A DNA stretch of 64,000 nucleotides from an uncultured Hormoscilla sp. (GCA_963921275.4 OZ001293.3:2720001-2784000), one strand, 5' to 3'; numbered from the stretch's first letter, positions 22,804-34,486 are shown. Numbers and translations are program-made. Notes: a model not told the origin generated them from the sequence alone.

Positions 22804-24411
22804 ATGGAATTTAACACTCAATCTCAAGCAACAACCCCCATACTGGATGCTCTGTCCACCTGTGCCATGAGGTCTCATGCTGCTTTCTACTCCCCCGGAC
22901 ACAAGCGGGGAGTAGGAATTGACCCACATCTGTCTTCTTTGCTCTCGACAGCTGTCTTTCGAGCTGATTTGCCCGAATTGCCCAGTTTGGATAACCTGTT
23001 CGCCCCGACTGGGGTAATTCAGCAGGCCCAGCAGTTAGCAGCGGCGACCTTTGGAGCCGATCGCACTTGGTTTCTGGTGAACGGTTCCACCAGTGGGGTA
23101 ATAGCGGCAATTTTGGCCACATGTACCGACGGGGACCAGATTATTTTGCCTCGGAACGTGCATCAAAGCGCGATCGCGGGTCTGATCCTCTCGGGTGCGG
23201 TCCCCATCTTTATTAACCCAGAATACGACGCCGATGCAGACCTTGTCTACAGTATCACCCCACGGGCTGTGATGACAGCATTAAGGCAGCATCCGGAGGC
23301 CAAAGCGGTGATGATGGTTTACCCGACTTACCAGGGCGTCTGCGGCGACCTGCAGGAGATAGCCCTTATCACCCACCAACTTAACATTCCCCTGCTGGTA
23401 GACGAAGCCCACGGTCCCCACTTTGGCTTTCATCAGGACTTGCCCCCATCAGCCCTGTCCGCCGGTGCCGACTTAACGGTACAATCCACCCACAAGGTAC
23501 TGGGGGCCATGACTCAGGCCTCCATGCTGCACCTAGTAGGTAACCGCATCTCACCAGAACGGGTGAGTAAAGCCTTGCAACTGGTGCAATCTACCAGTCC
23601 CAGTTATTTACTCCTAGCTTCTCTGGATGTAGCCCGTCAACAAATGGCACTGCACGGAGAACAGCTGATGGCACGCACATTGCAACTGGCCTCTTTGGCC
23701 AGAGACCGCATCAGCCAGATTCCCGGATTGTCCGTCTTGGAACCGGCTTTTACCAAGGGCTTCCTGGCCCTAGACCCCACGCGGCTGACAGTTAATGTGA
23801 CTGGGTTGGGGCTGACTGGCTATGAAGCTGATGAAATTCTCGATCGAGAGTATGCGGTAGTGGCTGAGTTACCATCAACCCAATATCTGACCTTTATCAT
23901 CAGTTTAGGGAACACAGCGGCAGATATTGAGCAACTGGTGCAAGCTTTGACCAGCCTCAGCCAGCAGAAACTCCCCCAGAGTTCGGACGCATCCGCTCCG
24001 CCTGTATCCCCCGGTGCTGCGTCTCCTGGGAGCGCTAATCGTACAAAAGGGGAGACGCCGCGCGCTACTCGCACAAAAGGGGGGATACAGCAGCTAAGTT
24101 GGCAAAATGTCTCCACCAGGTGGAAGGAAGAGTTAATGCATGTTCATCCTTCAACTTTCATCGTTCATCCTGCACTCTCTCCCCGGGAGGCATTCTTTGC
24201 CCCAACGGAAACCCTACCGTGCGAACAGACTGACGCACGAATTGGTGCCGAAATTCTCTGTCCTTACCCACCGGGAATTCCAGCGTTAATGCCTGGTGAA
24301 GTCATTAATCTCGCTACCCTGGACTACCTGAAACAAGTCCTGGCTTTGGGTGGCAAAATTACGGGTTGTAGCGATCCTACCCTCAAAACCTTAAAGGTTG
24401 TGCGACATTAA
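22804..24411 (+). CDS. Orn/Lys/Arg decarboxylase family PLP-dependent enzyme
   Basis: PGHKRG, LVNGSTSG, VDEAHG, QSTHK (PLP lysine), YPPGIP; low-complexity insert at about 23990-24090. Confidence 0.92.
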   Translation: MEFNTQSQATTPILDALSTCAMRSHAAFYSPGHKRGVGIDPHLSSLLSTAVFRADLPELPSLDNLFAPTGVIQQAQQLAAATFGADRTWFLVNGSTSGVIAAILATCTDGDQIILPRNVHQSAIAGLILSGAVPIFINPEYDADADLVYSITPRAVMTALRQHPEAKAVMMVYPTYQGVCGDLQEIALITHQLNIPLLVDEAHGPHFGFHQDLPPSALSAGADLTVQSTHKVLGAMTQASMLHLVGNRISPERVSKALQLVQSTSPSYLLLASLDVARQQMALHGEQLMARTLQLASLARDRISQIPGLSVLEPAFTKGFLALDPTRLTVNVTGLGLTGYEADEILDREYAVVAELPSTQYLTFIISLGNTAADIEQLVQALTSLSQQKLPQSSDASAPPVSPGAASPGSANRTKGETPRATRTKGGIQQLSWQNVSTRWKEELMHVHPSTFIVHPALSPREAFFAPTETLPCEQTDARIGAEILCPYPPGIPALMPGEVINLATLDYLKQVLALGGKITGCSDPTLKTLKVVRH

Positions 24412-24473
24412 TTATTGCTCTTCGGCTAATTGTTCATTGCCATTAGCAATTCCCCATTCGACATTCCTAACCT

Positions 24474-25070
24474 ATGTCTCTCTGGCCTTATATCACTCCC
24501 GGTATCCCTGACAATCTGTTCGAGAGATTGCCCGGTATTCCCCTGAGTAAGCGGGAATTGCGGTTGCTGCTGCTTTCCGCCCTCCGACTAAAACCAGATT
24601 CGGTGCTGTGGGATATTGGCGCTGGCACTGGCACGATTTCTGTAGAAACTGGTCTGCTTTGTCCTGAAGGTAAGATTATTGCCATAGAACGAGATGAAGA
24701 AGTTGCTGCCCTAATTCGCCGCAACTGCGATCGCTTCGGTGTCCGCAATGTCGAAGTAACCTCAGGCAACGCCCCAGAATGCTTCGCTGATATAGGCCAT
24801 ACTCCCCAGCGAGTCTGCATTGAAGGCGGGCGCCAGATCAAAGCTATCCTGAGAGAAGTCTGGCAATACTTGCCGCGCCAGGGCCGAATAGTCACTACTG
24901 CTAGAAATCTGGAGATCCTTTATGGGGTTTCCGAGAGCTTTTCCCAGTTGCGAGTCCGCAATATTGAGGTAGTTCAGTCTGCTATTAACCGCTTAGAGAC
25001 TCGGGGAACCAATCAAACCTTCGCCGCGGTTAGTCCGATTTTTATCCTCAGTGGCGACAAGCTCGATTAA
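24474..25070 (+). CDS. cbiT: Precorrin-6B C15-methyltransferase (decarboxylating)
   Basis: PGIPDNLFERLPGIPLSKRE, WDIGAGTGTISVE. Confidence 0.92.
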   Translation: MSLWPYITPGIPDNLFERLPGIPLSKRELRLLLLSALRLKPDSVLWDIGAGTGTISVETGLLCPEGKIIAIERDEEVAALIRRNCDRFGVRNVEVTSGNAPECFADIGHTPQRVCIEGGRQIKAILREVWQYLPRQGRIVTTARNLEILYGVSESFSQLRVRNIEVVQSAINRLETRGTNQTFAAVSPIFILSGDKLD

Positions 25071-25099
25071 TTTCTCTTTCCATCCCCTATATTTTGTCT

Positions 25100-25215
25100 A
25101 TTTTGAGGCTTTCAGGCTCTCGAACTAGGCATTTTACCTTTTTTTTGAAGCTTTCGGGCTCTCAAACCAGGCATTTTACCTCTTTTTTGAAGCTTCGGGG
25201 CTCTCGAACCAGGCC
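25100..25215. repeat. About 42-bp tandem repeat, 3 copies
   Basis: TTTGAAGCTTTCGGGCTCTCGAACCAGGCATTTTACC variants. Confidence 0.8.
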
Positions 25216-25300
25216 CGAAAGCTTCTAGCGCTACGCGCACTTCGTATCCGCTCTCGTTGCTAGTAGTTATACCTGGTCCAGCAACATTTCAGTACAGAGT

Positions 25301-25429
25301 TAAGTAGGTGTGCATAATTAAACTCAATGGAAGTAAAGTTTTGTTAAGTTGGCTGAAAGCCCCTCCCAGAAAGAGATCATCTTTTTACATTTCTTAACAT
25401 AGGCTGGTTTATTTGTGCCTACCTACTTA
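25301..25429. mobile_element. TA-targeting MITE (inverted copy at 27834-27963)
   Basis: Ends TAAGTAGGTGTGCATAATT ... TTTGTGCCTACCTACTTA. Confidence 0.8.
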
Positions 25430-25483
25430 CCAGGCGGCGGTTGATAGGTTACTGGTCAATACTTCAAGGTTTTGCATCTTAGA

Positions 25484-25663
25484 AGTCATTGCGAGGGGGG
25501 GTACTCCGCGATTAACTTATGCTTTATGAGTTAACCCCCCCCGAAGCAATCCCCCCCGCGACCTATGAGATGAAGAGCGCTCCGGCGTCGTCGATTGCTT
25601 CGGGGGGGGATATAAGCGGAGATACTCACAATGTTGGTTTGGACTCCCCCCCTCGCTCCGGAC
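25484..25663. repeat. Large GC-clamped palindromic element (GTCATTGCGAG...GAAGCAATC...GATTGCTTCG...CTCGC type)
   Basis: Nested stems GCGAGGGGGG/CCCCCCTCGC and CCCCCCCGAAGCAATC/GATTGCTTCGGGGGGG. Confidence 0.65.
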
Positions 25664-25911
25664 AAGTTATTAACCGAGAAGTATTGGGTTACCGGTAGCG
25701 CAATACCTCAAGGTTTTGCCAGAACTCCTAACAGCCAAGGGGCTGAAATGCTTGAAATACCGTTGTTTTACTTGTCCGGAGGGTGCTTAACCGAAAAGTA
25801 TTGACCGGTAGCGGTGGGAGCGAGAAGTAAGGATTTATGACAAATGACAAATGACTTGAGAAAAATTCGTTAAAGTGTGCAAAAGCCTTTCTTAATCTTC
25901 TTAACCTTCTC

Positions 25912-26829
25912 ATGTCTGGCAACTTCTTCCTCTCTTCTACAACCACTGCGAATAGAGTGCCTTGGTCTCGTATCATCAGTGGCATAGTGGCGATCGCCCT
26001 AGCTTTGTCGATGACATTGCTGGGGGGATGGTACTTTACCATTGGTTTCGGGATTATCATCTATCTGGGTGAACTGGAGTACTTCCAGCTAGTGCGGGCG
26101 ACGGGAATAGCCCCAGCAGGTAAAACCACTTTGGTGGTCAGCCTGATCTTGCTAGCCTTCTGTACCTTGTCTTCCACCTTGGCAGATGCGGTATTGCCAG
26201 TAGCTGGCACGCTGATTTGTTTTTATCTGCTGTTTCAGCCCAAACTGGCGACGATTGCTGATATTGGCTCTTCCATTTTGGGCTTGTTCTATTGCGGCTA
26301 TTTGCCCAGTTACTGGGTGAGACTGCGGGCGCTGGGTACTGAAGGCCACAGTAACTTACCCCTAGGAGGGTTCTGGCCAGAAAACTGGAGTAACTTGAAA
26401 GAACTGCCCCAGGGTCTGACTATTACCCTGCTGACCTTTCTGTGCATCTGGGCAGCAGATATCGGTGCATACAGCTTTGGCAGAGTCTTCGGTCGCACCC
26501 GCCTGTCCCACATCAGCCCCAAAAAGACCGTAGAAGGGGCTGTATTTGGGGTGATGGGTAGCGTGGCGGTAGCTATTTTGGGTGCTTGGTATCTGGACTG
26601 GCCCAGCTTTACATTGACGGGGGCTCTCTTGGGTCTGATGATTGGTATTGCCAGCCTGCTGGGAGATTTAACCGAGTCAATGATGAAGCGAGATGCTGGT
26701 GTCAAGGATTCGGGGCAACTAATTCCCGGTCATGGCGGGATTCTCGATCGGGCGGATAGCTATGTTTTCACGGCCCCTCTAGTGTATTATTTCGTGACCC
26801 TGCTGTTGCCCTTACTGTCCGGTTTGTAG
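25912..26829 (+). CDS. cdsA: Phosphatidate cytidylyltransferase
   Basis: ISPKKTVEG, ESMMKRDAGVKDSGQLIPGHGGILDRADS. Confidence 0.96.
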   Translation: MSGNFFLSSTTTANRVPWSRIISGIVAIALALSMTLLGGWYFTIGFGIIIYLGELEYFQLVRATGIAPAGKTTLVVSLILLAFCTLSSTLADAVLPVAGTLICFYLLFQPKLATIADIGSSILGLFYCGYLPSYWVRLRALGTEGHSNLPLGGFWPENWSNLKELPQGLTITLLTFLCIWAADIGAYSFGRVFGRTRLSHISPKKTVEGAVFGVMGSVAVAILGAWYLDWPSFTLTGALLGLMIGIASLLGDLTESMMKRDAGVKDSGQLIPGHGGILDRADSYVFTAPLVYYFVTLLLPLLSGL

Positions 26830-26867
26830 TCAGCGCTTTAGCCGGTTTGTAGTCAGCGCTTTGGCGC

Positions 26868-27674
26868 TTAGCGAGTTCTTAATCCTTGCTCCTTGAGGAC
26901 GCCATATGCCCAAACAGCATCAGCTTTTGATAATTTGGGTACGGGTTCACAACTGTAATCTATCACTAAATCATAACTACCTTGATCGTATACAGTATGT
27001 AACAATTCTTGGAAAGGAATCATTGGTTAAGGATCTGATTCTGTTGTTAACGGTAAGGGAATGACAGTAATTTTATCTTGAACATTAAAAGCATATAAAT
27101 CAGCTTTTGGGCGAGTGTTACTGCGACTAACTAAAATCCGATAATGGGTCTGAATTTTCTGACTATCCATTGGCATAATTCTGCCTTTGCGCAGCAAATC
27201 AACCTCAATCAAATGGGTTAAGCTGTCCAAAATTTTCTGACGCTTAGTTTCGTAGCTACTACGACCTGGTCCGGCTTTTTTGTTCTTAGGACTCAGAATT
27301 TCAATCACTGTTATCACTGCACCGGTTGCCACATCTCGCACTTCTAAATACCATTCCTTAACTGTTTTCGGTAGAGGCAGGGTAACTTTGACCGGTAAGG
27401 AAGGCGGTGCCGCAACAGCTACATTTGATTCCAGGGAGTGACTAGATGTGGGAGAAGTTTGTACCAAGACATTATCAGGAATACCCACAAGCAGAGAATC
27501 ACCATTTTGGGTGTCATTCGCTGCATAAACTCTTTCTTCAATTTCCATCCGATATTTAGGGCGAATTTGAGGGTTCATGGCATTAGCTATTGCCACGATT
27601 AACCGCTTATGTATTTGAGGCCAAATTTGGGAATTTTCTAAATAGGGATTCATCCCAGGAAATGGAGAAGGCAT
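26868..27674 (-). pseudogene. DUF4058 (Uma2-like restriction-fold) protein with premature stop
   Basis: MPSPFPGMNPYLE, VIEILSPKNK; TAA at 27027-27029, frame continues 52 sense codons (PMIPFQELLHTVYDQGSYDLVIDY...) to 26868. Confidence 0.85.
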
Positions 27675-27769
27675 GGGTTGTGTCTCCTACAAGACAGTTT
27701 ATTAGCAGTGAGCAGTACCAGTGCGACTCAGTACCAGTGCGACTCAGTACCAGTACCATGACCTGACCA

Positions 27770-28013
27770 GTGACAACTATCAACTGACAACTATCAACTG
27801 ACAACTATCAACTGACAACTATCAACTGACAACTAAGCAGGTAGGCACAAATAAACCAGCCTATGTAAAGAAATATAAAATCGCTGAATTCTCTTCTGGG
27901 AGAGGCTTTGAACTAAGTTAACAAAAGTTTACATAGTTAATTTTAATTATGCACACCTACTTATCAACTGACAACTATCAACTGACAACTATCAACTGAC
28001 AACTATCAACTAT
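27770..28013. repeat. 14-mer tandem array (ACAACTATCAACTG)n interrupted by a MITE at a TA site
   Basis: Array flanks both sides of the 27834-27963 MITE. Confidence 0.9.
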
Positions 28014-28033
28014 CATGATAATTATATCCTATT

Positions 28034-28798
28034 TCAAGGCATCACTTTGACTCGACCGTGACAAACTACTAGGCCAGGACTGAGGGTTAATTCTTGGATT
28101 TCTACTTCTTTCCCTAAGTCAAGAGGGAAACTCTCTCGGTTTGGGACTCTTATGTCTGGTGGCATCTGGAGATCTAGGGGATACAGCTGCAATTCATGAT
28201 TGCTAGCCAGTTGCACTCCGCTGCGAATCACCATTGGGGCGACATTGCCATCGGCGTCTAGTAAGCTGCCTGTGACGGTCAAGCCACCAGCTTCTAGGGC
28301 AATCTTGTGCCAGTGCGGGGCGCGGTTTCCGATGACTTCAGAGTTAATTTTGCTGTCCGATGTCAGTAGCTGACAGAGTAAGTCGGTTAAGGCCCGAGAG
28401 AGCAAACTATCTTCTGAGGACAGTCCAGCATTCAGGTCTGCTTCCTCTAGCTGTACCTGACCGACTACGGGCACCGGTGCTCCCAAGCGCAGGGGTTTTC
28501 CCCGCAATATCTGAAGCAGGTTGATGCTAATGCCTTCTGCTACTAGCTGGAGATGACTCAGATGCAATCCTTGATAGACCGCTTTGTCCGCCGATAGGAA
28601 GATTCGGGGGATAAGACCAGCAATCAGCAGGCGATCGCCCGCTTCTATATTTACTTGTAGCTGTGCCACTGACTCTACTTGGGTACGCAACCACCGCTTT
28701 ACTGCCGGCGATAGCACTCTCTTCAGCTTCTGGCTTTGGCGCGAATGCACCTTTTTTCTCTGGTCAAAAGATCCCAAGTTGTCATCACTTCTTGACAT
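28034..28798 (-). CDS. DUF2993 / LmeA-like protein
   Basis: VLSPAVKRWLRTQVESV...AVYQGLHLS...GKPLRL cyanobacterial family pattern. Confidence 0.75.
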   Translation of the reverse strand: MSRSDDNLGSFDQRKKVHSRQSQKLKRVLSPAVKRWLRTQVESVAQLQVNIEAGDRLLIAGLIPRIFLSADKAVYQGLHLSHLQLVAEGISINLLQILRGKPLRLGAPVPVVGQVQLEEADLNAGLSSEDSLLSRALTDLLCQLLTSDSKINSEVIGNRAPHWHKIALEAGGLTVTGSLLDADGNVAPMVIRSGVQLASNHELQLYPLDLQMPPDIRVPNRESFPLDLGKEVEIQELTLSPGLVVCHGRVKVMP

Positions 28799-29192
28799 TA
28801 CTATCCTAGATTATGGTTTTTTTGTCAGGATCTCATGACGAAAATATTCTTAAAAGCCCCAAAAACCAAGAAAATAGTTAAAATTTGTCAAAATAAATTT
28901 GATCTCCTCTTGATCTCCAAGAAAAATTGTTGCAATATGTAAAGAGAGCGATCCCGACGAGCCCAGGCCATTGAATGGCAAGGGAAGCAAAGCCCTGTAT
29001 CCCCCGGGTAGTGCGAGTAGCGCTCCCGGGGGATACAGCAGGAAGTCAAAACGACCGGCAAGAATGCTTGCGTCTGCGCTCCGACCGCCTAGGGCTCGCT
29101 CACACAGCAGAATATAAGCTTGGTGGAAATTGTAGAACTTGGAGTGAGGGAGCGATAGGATCGAGCCGGACAAAATACTGGAGATCAGATCA

Positions 29193-30425
29193 ATGGCAAA
29201 AGAACGCCCACCTTTAGAAGAGATGACCTTACGGCAACTGCGCAAAGTTGCTAGTCAATATGGCATCTCTCGCTACAGCCGGATGCGAAAGGAGCAGCTA
29301 CTAGCTGCGATTAAAGAAATACAACTGCGTAGTAAGTTTTCAACAAATCAATCTCGTTCATTGGAGGCACAAGAAGAAGTGGAAGCAGCAAAATTTGAAC
29401 TGGGTCAAGACGATCGTGTTGGTGGTACTCTGTCTGCTGTAGATGAAGGACTAACGGATTTATCTGCGGGCTATGGTGAAAGCCGCATTGTGCTGATGCC
29501 CCGTGACCCGCAATGGGCATACACATATTGGGATGTGCCCAATGAGCACAAGGAAGAACTGCGGCGTCAAGGGGGACAACAACTGGCTCTGCGCCTGTAC
29601 GATGTCACCGATGTTAACCTGGATTATGAAAGCCCCCACAGCATTCAAGAATATCCTTCTGATGAGTTGGCGCGGGAATGGTATTTGCCCATTCCAGTGA
29701 GCGATCGGGCCTATGTGGTAGATATTGGTTACCGCTGTGCTGATGGTCGCTGGCTAGTGTTGGCTCGTTCTGCGCCCGTACAGATTCCTCCAGTCTATCC
29801 TTCTGACTGGATTGAAGACCATTTCATCACTGTGAACTGGGATGAAGACCTGCGCGGCCAGACCCTGTTTGAACTGGTTCCTCCCAGCAAGAAAGTCGCT
29901 GCCCAAAGCAACCCGATCTATGATGAAATCTTCGGCATGGCAGAAGGGGCAGAAGCTCAGCGGGTTGCTGGTTCTCTGTTCGGTTCCATGCAGCATGTTC
30001 CTGGTTCGATGGTTCCCTCTCAAGCTGTCAGTTCTTATGTCTTCCCCTCGGGCGTGGGTATGTGGGCAGTTCCGACCGCGTCTGGTTTGAATATGTCCGG
30101 TGTGGGCATGTCTGGCGCTGGTTTCTCGGCTTCCGCTATCCCTATGCGCCCCCGCAAGTTCTGGTTAATTGCTGATGCTGAGCTGATTGTTTACGGTGCT
30201 ACTGAGCCTGATGCTACTGTGACGATCGGGGGACAGCCCATCAAGCTCAATCCCGATGGCACGTTCCGCTTCCAGATGTCCTTCCAGGATGGTCTGATTG
30301 ACTACCCAATTATGGCAGTTGCTGCTGATGGCGAGCAAACTCGCTCTATCCACATGAAGTTCAACCGCGAAACTCCTTCTCGCAATACTAACACTAAGGA
30401 AGAAGCGGTTCTGGAATGGGTCTAA
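29193..30425 (+). CDS. DUF4912 protein with Rho-N-like domain
   Basis: MAKERPPLEEMTLRQLRKVAS...SRYSRMRK; LMPRDPQWAYTYWD. Confidence 0.9.
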   Translation: MAKERPPLEEMTLRQLRKVASQYGISRYSRMRKEQLLAAIKEIQLRSKFSTNQSRSLEAQEEVEAAKFELGQDDRVGGTLSAVDEGLTDLSAGYGESRIVLMPRDPQWAYTYWDVPNEHKEELRRQGGQQLALRLYDVTDVNLDYESPHSIQEYPSDELAREWYLPIPVSDRAYVVDIGYRCADGRWLVLARSAPVQIPPVYPSDWIEDHFITVNWDEDLRGQTLFELVPPSKKVAAQSNPIYDEIFGMAEGAEAQRVAGSLFGSMQHVPGSMVPSQAVSSYVFPSGVGMWAVPTASGLNMSGVGMSGAGFSASAIPMRPRKFWLIADAELIVYGATEPDATVTIGGQPIKLNPDGTFRFQMSFQDGLIDYPIMAVAADGEQTRSIHMKFNRETPSRNTNTKEEAVLEWV

Positions 30426-30557
30426 ATATATCCCAAATCTCATCCCCCCCACCCTCAAGGGTGGGGCTACAGATACAAAGCCCGCCTGCGCGGGCTTTAT
30501 TCTCGTTACCAGGCTCAGCCTGGTAACGTAGGTTTAGAGGCTCCCGCCTCTAGTATG

Positions 30558-31471
30558 GTCGGGGTCGAGCTGGGAATCACTTCCCAACCCTCCCTTTCGG
30601 AACCTGAAGAGCGACTTTCACCGCACACGGCTACTGGTTGGTAAGCTCTTGTCATCAGCAGGATTACTAGGGGTTACCCCCGTTGTTCCTTGCCCCATGA
30701 GATTTTGCCCCTTTGTGGTTAGCCAACAGACCGTTTTAGTACCTAGCTCCGGAAGGTTCGCGGAGGAGAACCAGCAAACCGCACTAGCCGCTCTTTGCTA
30801 ACATGGTCCCCATTTACTTTTTTACTCGGGGTTCTGAGTTTTTACCCGGCTAGGATTTTAGTCCATCATTCATCCTTTAAGATTGCTCCTTAGTCTATGA
30901 CTTTTTAAGGCTAGTTTCTCCCAAGGCTTCTTACCATATCCGTCCTACGTCTGCATATCCACAGGCATTACCCTGGGCGTTGGCTTCTTAGGACATCCCT
31001 CCCACCCACACTTGCTTGCGCTTTACATCTAACTTGTCCCTGGGGACAGCGACGTGGGGGTTACTTCGTTCCTTGATGCCATTTCGCGAGGCTTTTAGGT
31101 CTCCCCTATATACCGGCAGTTCTTTCGGATACGTCCTTAGCCACATATGAAAGCTAAGGCGCTGCCTGCTTTCCTATTTTAGGCCGGTGTTAGTCAGCCA
31201 TTACACCGGTTAGTATTAACGATACTTACAGGGATTTGCCTGCTCTAACCATGAACCTCTAATAAGCGCGGAGTTGCCAGTTTGGCTACTAGCTATCCTA
31301 CATTTGAGTCCTCGCTTGGCACCACGATGATGTTACTTCGCAGCACTGAGAACCGATGTCAGCCCCGTATCTGGGCGGAGGGAATTTAACCCTCATGGCA
31401 CCAAAGTTACCTGGCAAATAAGACCAGGTCCGATTTTCACCATTACTGGTTTACATCAGAACGAATCGCAC
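30558..31471 (-). mobile_element. ORF-less group II intron, copy C, 914 nt
   Basis: Minus strand GTGCGATTCGTT start; domain V AGCCGTGTGCGGTGAAAGTCGC; ends CGACCCCGAC. Confidence 0.9.
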
Positions 31472-31479
31472 CAATTGAC

Positions 31480-32692
31480 ATACCTCATATGATATTTTAT
31501 CAGGCATGTCAATTGATACTGCTTCCTGATTGAAAAAGATGCAAGAGTTCAGATAAAATGTTAGGTGGATGATTTTGGTGGGATACACGAGCGCGTCCAG
31601 ACATAGAAGACATAGGATATATTGGAAATGGTAAAGGTAGAAGAATAATGGTACATAGTAGTCTGGCAGTTATCCCAACACCAGACAACCCAGAAATATT
31701 AGGTTTAGCAGGTCAGGAGGTTTGGATGCGTCCAGCCCCGGTAAAAAAGAAAAAAACCTGTGGTCAACAAAAAAAAGAAAATCTTCGGCCCAGTTGGAGA
31801 TAAATGGGCCCAAATGGTGGAGTCAATAGGTAAAGCTCCATCATCGACAATAGCACCATTATGGGTAAGTGTAGGAGAGAGAAAGTGATGTATTCGATTA
31901 CATTAAACGTTCACAAGCGACTAGGTGGCATTGTTTGACGAGAATTTGTCTTCATCGAGTAATGACAACGGCCTCAGGAACAAAAAGTCACCTTAAAACT
32001 TTTGCTCGCACAAGGTCCACGCATGACAAATAAAACAATGTTTTTACGTAGTCGCATGGGGAGAACCCCAAGGTATAGTAAGATTGGAAGTGGCTTGGGC
32101 TCCTGTGACTATTCACCCGCCACCAGATCAGTCCTTATTCAAAAGAAGAAACTAGATCAGGATGGTGTATTCGTTGCTGGGAAGAGGGAGTTGATGATGG
32201 GTGAGAATGGATTTTATTTACAACTGTCAAGGTGGACAATGCCGAGGATGCTTGACAACAATTAGAGTGGTATAGCTTAGAAAATTGTGCGAATATCATA
32301 AGTGTATGAAGACTGGTTGTGCCATGGAAAAACGGCAGTTAGAGACGGCATCAGGGTTATTAACGTTACTGGGATTTGTGGCAATTGTATCAGGAGCGGT
32401 TGTTGCAATTGCTTAACATAAGTCGTACCGTGAGGGAAATTCCAGCGGACTCCTTGGTTCCAAAGAAGCAATTAAAGGTGTGCTAAAAGCGCATCTAAAT
32501 TTACCCTCTGAAAATTTGACTACAGCAGAATTTTGGAAAAATATCCCTCCCTTGGGTGGTTTCATTGGTCGTTCTGGAGATGGTTTGCCAGGCTGGCAGA
32601 CAATAGGGGCGGGGGTGGCAGAAATTCCAAGACTTGTGCTGTGGTGTAGAGCTGGCCACAAAAATTACTGGAAAAATGTGGGTAATGACAAG
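31480..32692 (+). pseudogene. Degenerate IS4-family (Tn5/IS50-like) transposase
   Basis: MVHSSLAVIPT..PEILGLAGQEVWMR, WVSVGER, LGGFIGRSGDGLPGWQT fragments; end GGTAATGACAAG. Confidence 0.75.
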
Positions 32693-32872
32693 GGCTCTGC
32701 CAGGGAACGAGGGGAATGGACATGAATAAAGAATCAACAATTTTAACTGCTCAATTCTCAATTTTAACTGCTCAATTCTCAATAGCTTTACTGGGAAGTA
32801 ATGGGAATAGAGATTGTCCCCTGCCCTGGTTTCGATGTCTTCGGGATGCAACCCAGGCAACCCCTCAGACAT

Positions 32873-34431
32873 ATTAAACTAAGCCAGAGAGTCACCTCTC
32901 CGAGGAGTCTTCAGAACCGGACGATCTGCTTTTCACCTCAGGAGGCTCCTCAGTAACGTCACCCTTGTCATGGGTACGGCTACTACCATCGCTGGTAGTC
33001 TTCGTGTCGTGGCAGTGTTTGTGCAACAGTTGCAGGTTGTCCCACCTGTCTTTACCACCTAATGAAAGTGGCTTGATGTGGTCAACTTCCCACCTGTCGC
33101 TATTCTTAAACGTTAGTTTGCAATGTTGACATTTCCCCTTTTGTCTTTTGAGCAGCTTTGCTACTCTGTTGCCTATCTCTGGGTTCCTACCTAGTCTCGT
33201 GCTCCAATAGGTGAGGTTCCCGTCGTATGGGCTGGCTTTTCCTTTTACTTTCACATGTCTTACTATCTCTACACTTGCGTGTCGATATAGTTCTACATTC
33301 CCTTCTTTTGTTCGGCACCGGAATCGCCATTGTGCGTCTTGGTCTACTGACCAATATTTATTGGCTATCCAATGTCTTGATTTGTTAGGGTGTCTTCTCT
33401 TTGCCCAATTCCACAGGATTTTCCATAGGTAATTGTCCATTTCTGAGTAAACCTCTTTGCTTACCGCAGTCCTGTAGTAGTTGGCCCATCCTCGTATTAT
33501 CGGGTTGAGTTTGCTTATCAAGGCAGCTTGTGGAGCTGCTTTATGATTGCTTATTACTTCTGCCAACCTTTCTTTGTGCTTACCTATGGATTTATTACTG
33601 GGTTTGATAAGGGTTTTGAATCCTAGCGGTTTCCCGTGTCCGTTCTTGCCCGTGTAATATTTTCCTACCTCATATTGCCTTACATTGAACCCTAGGAAGT
33701 CAAACCCCGGGTTTTCGCCGTGTAGCGTATGAGTTATTTTTGTCTTTTCAGGCTTGAGTTCTAGTCCAATCCCTTTTAGCCACTCTGCTATAACCTCCTG
33801 CGCTTCTTCTATCTTTTCTCTTTTGTCATGCATCACCACAAAGTCATCAGCATATCTGACTACCGCCAGCTTTTGTTTTTCTCTTTGTGTTTCTGCTAGT
33901 TTCATTACCACTTCTTCTAGCCCATGTAGGGCTACATTCGCTAGTAATGGTGATATGACTTCCCGTTTTCGTTGAACAGGTCATTGGTAAAAATTTTCCG
34001 GGTTGCCAGCGAGCGATTTCGGTTAAAATATTGATAAATATGAATCGGTAATTTCGACAATTTGTGGGTTGGTTATATTGCACAAATTTTAGAAGTATTA
34101 GAATCTGTTGATAGCTCTGAAAAACTTGAGATTAACCAGTACCACCTTTGGAGCTCTTTATTAACAGGAAATCTATCAAACCCAGATTCTGTCGTTTGAG
34201 TAACATATGTGAGCATGGGAGGTAGAGCTTAAAACCCAGAGCTGACAAGGGTTTTATTTTTGGAGATGTCTAATTGATGCCATCGCTACCGTAGGGAGTA
34301 TGCTGTCACTCCTGCACCTGGAGGGGTGGACTTTCACCACCATCATCTATAAGTTATCATGGCTAATGAAACCCTGTTAGCTGTCCTATAATTTGACTTG
34401 TATCATGTCAATCAATCTTAACGAATCACAC
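32873..34431 (-). mobile_element. Internally deleted group II intron related to 12012-14433
   Basis: 5' end GTGTGATTCGTT (34431) matches the first ~160 nt of the 12012 intron down to 34272; unrelated DNA follows, then the 3' half of the IEP and DV/DVI ending AGTTTAAT at 32873. Confidence 0.85.
32892..33958 (-). pseudogene. 5'-truncated group II intron RT/maturase with intact HNH domain
   Basis: Begins at ISPLLANVALHGLE; YADD; CQHC; WEVDHIKPLSLGG...NLQLLHKHCH. Confidence 0.9.
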
Positions 34432-34486
34432 CGCTGAAACACAATTCAGTTGCCCGCCATGAGATTCTACCACAATCTGGTAACTA

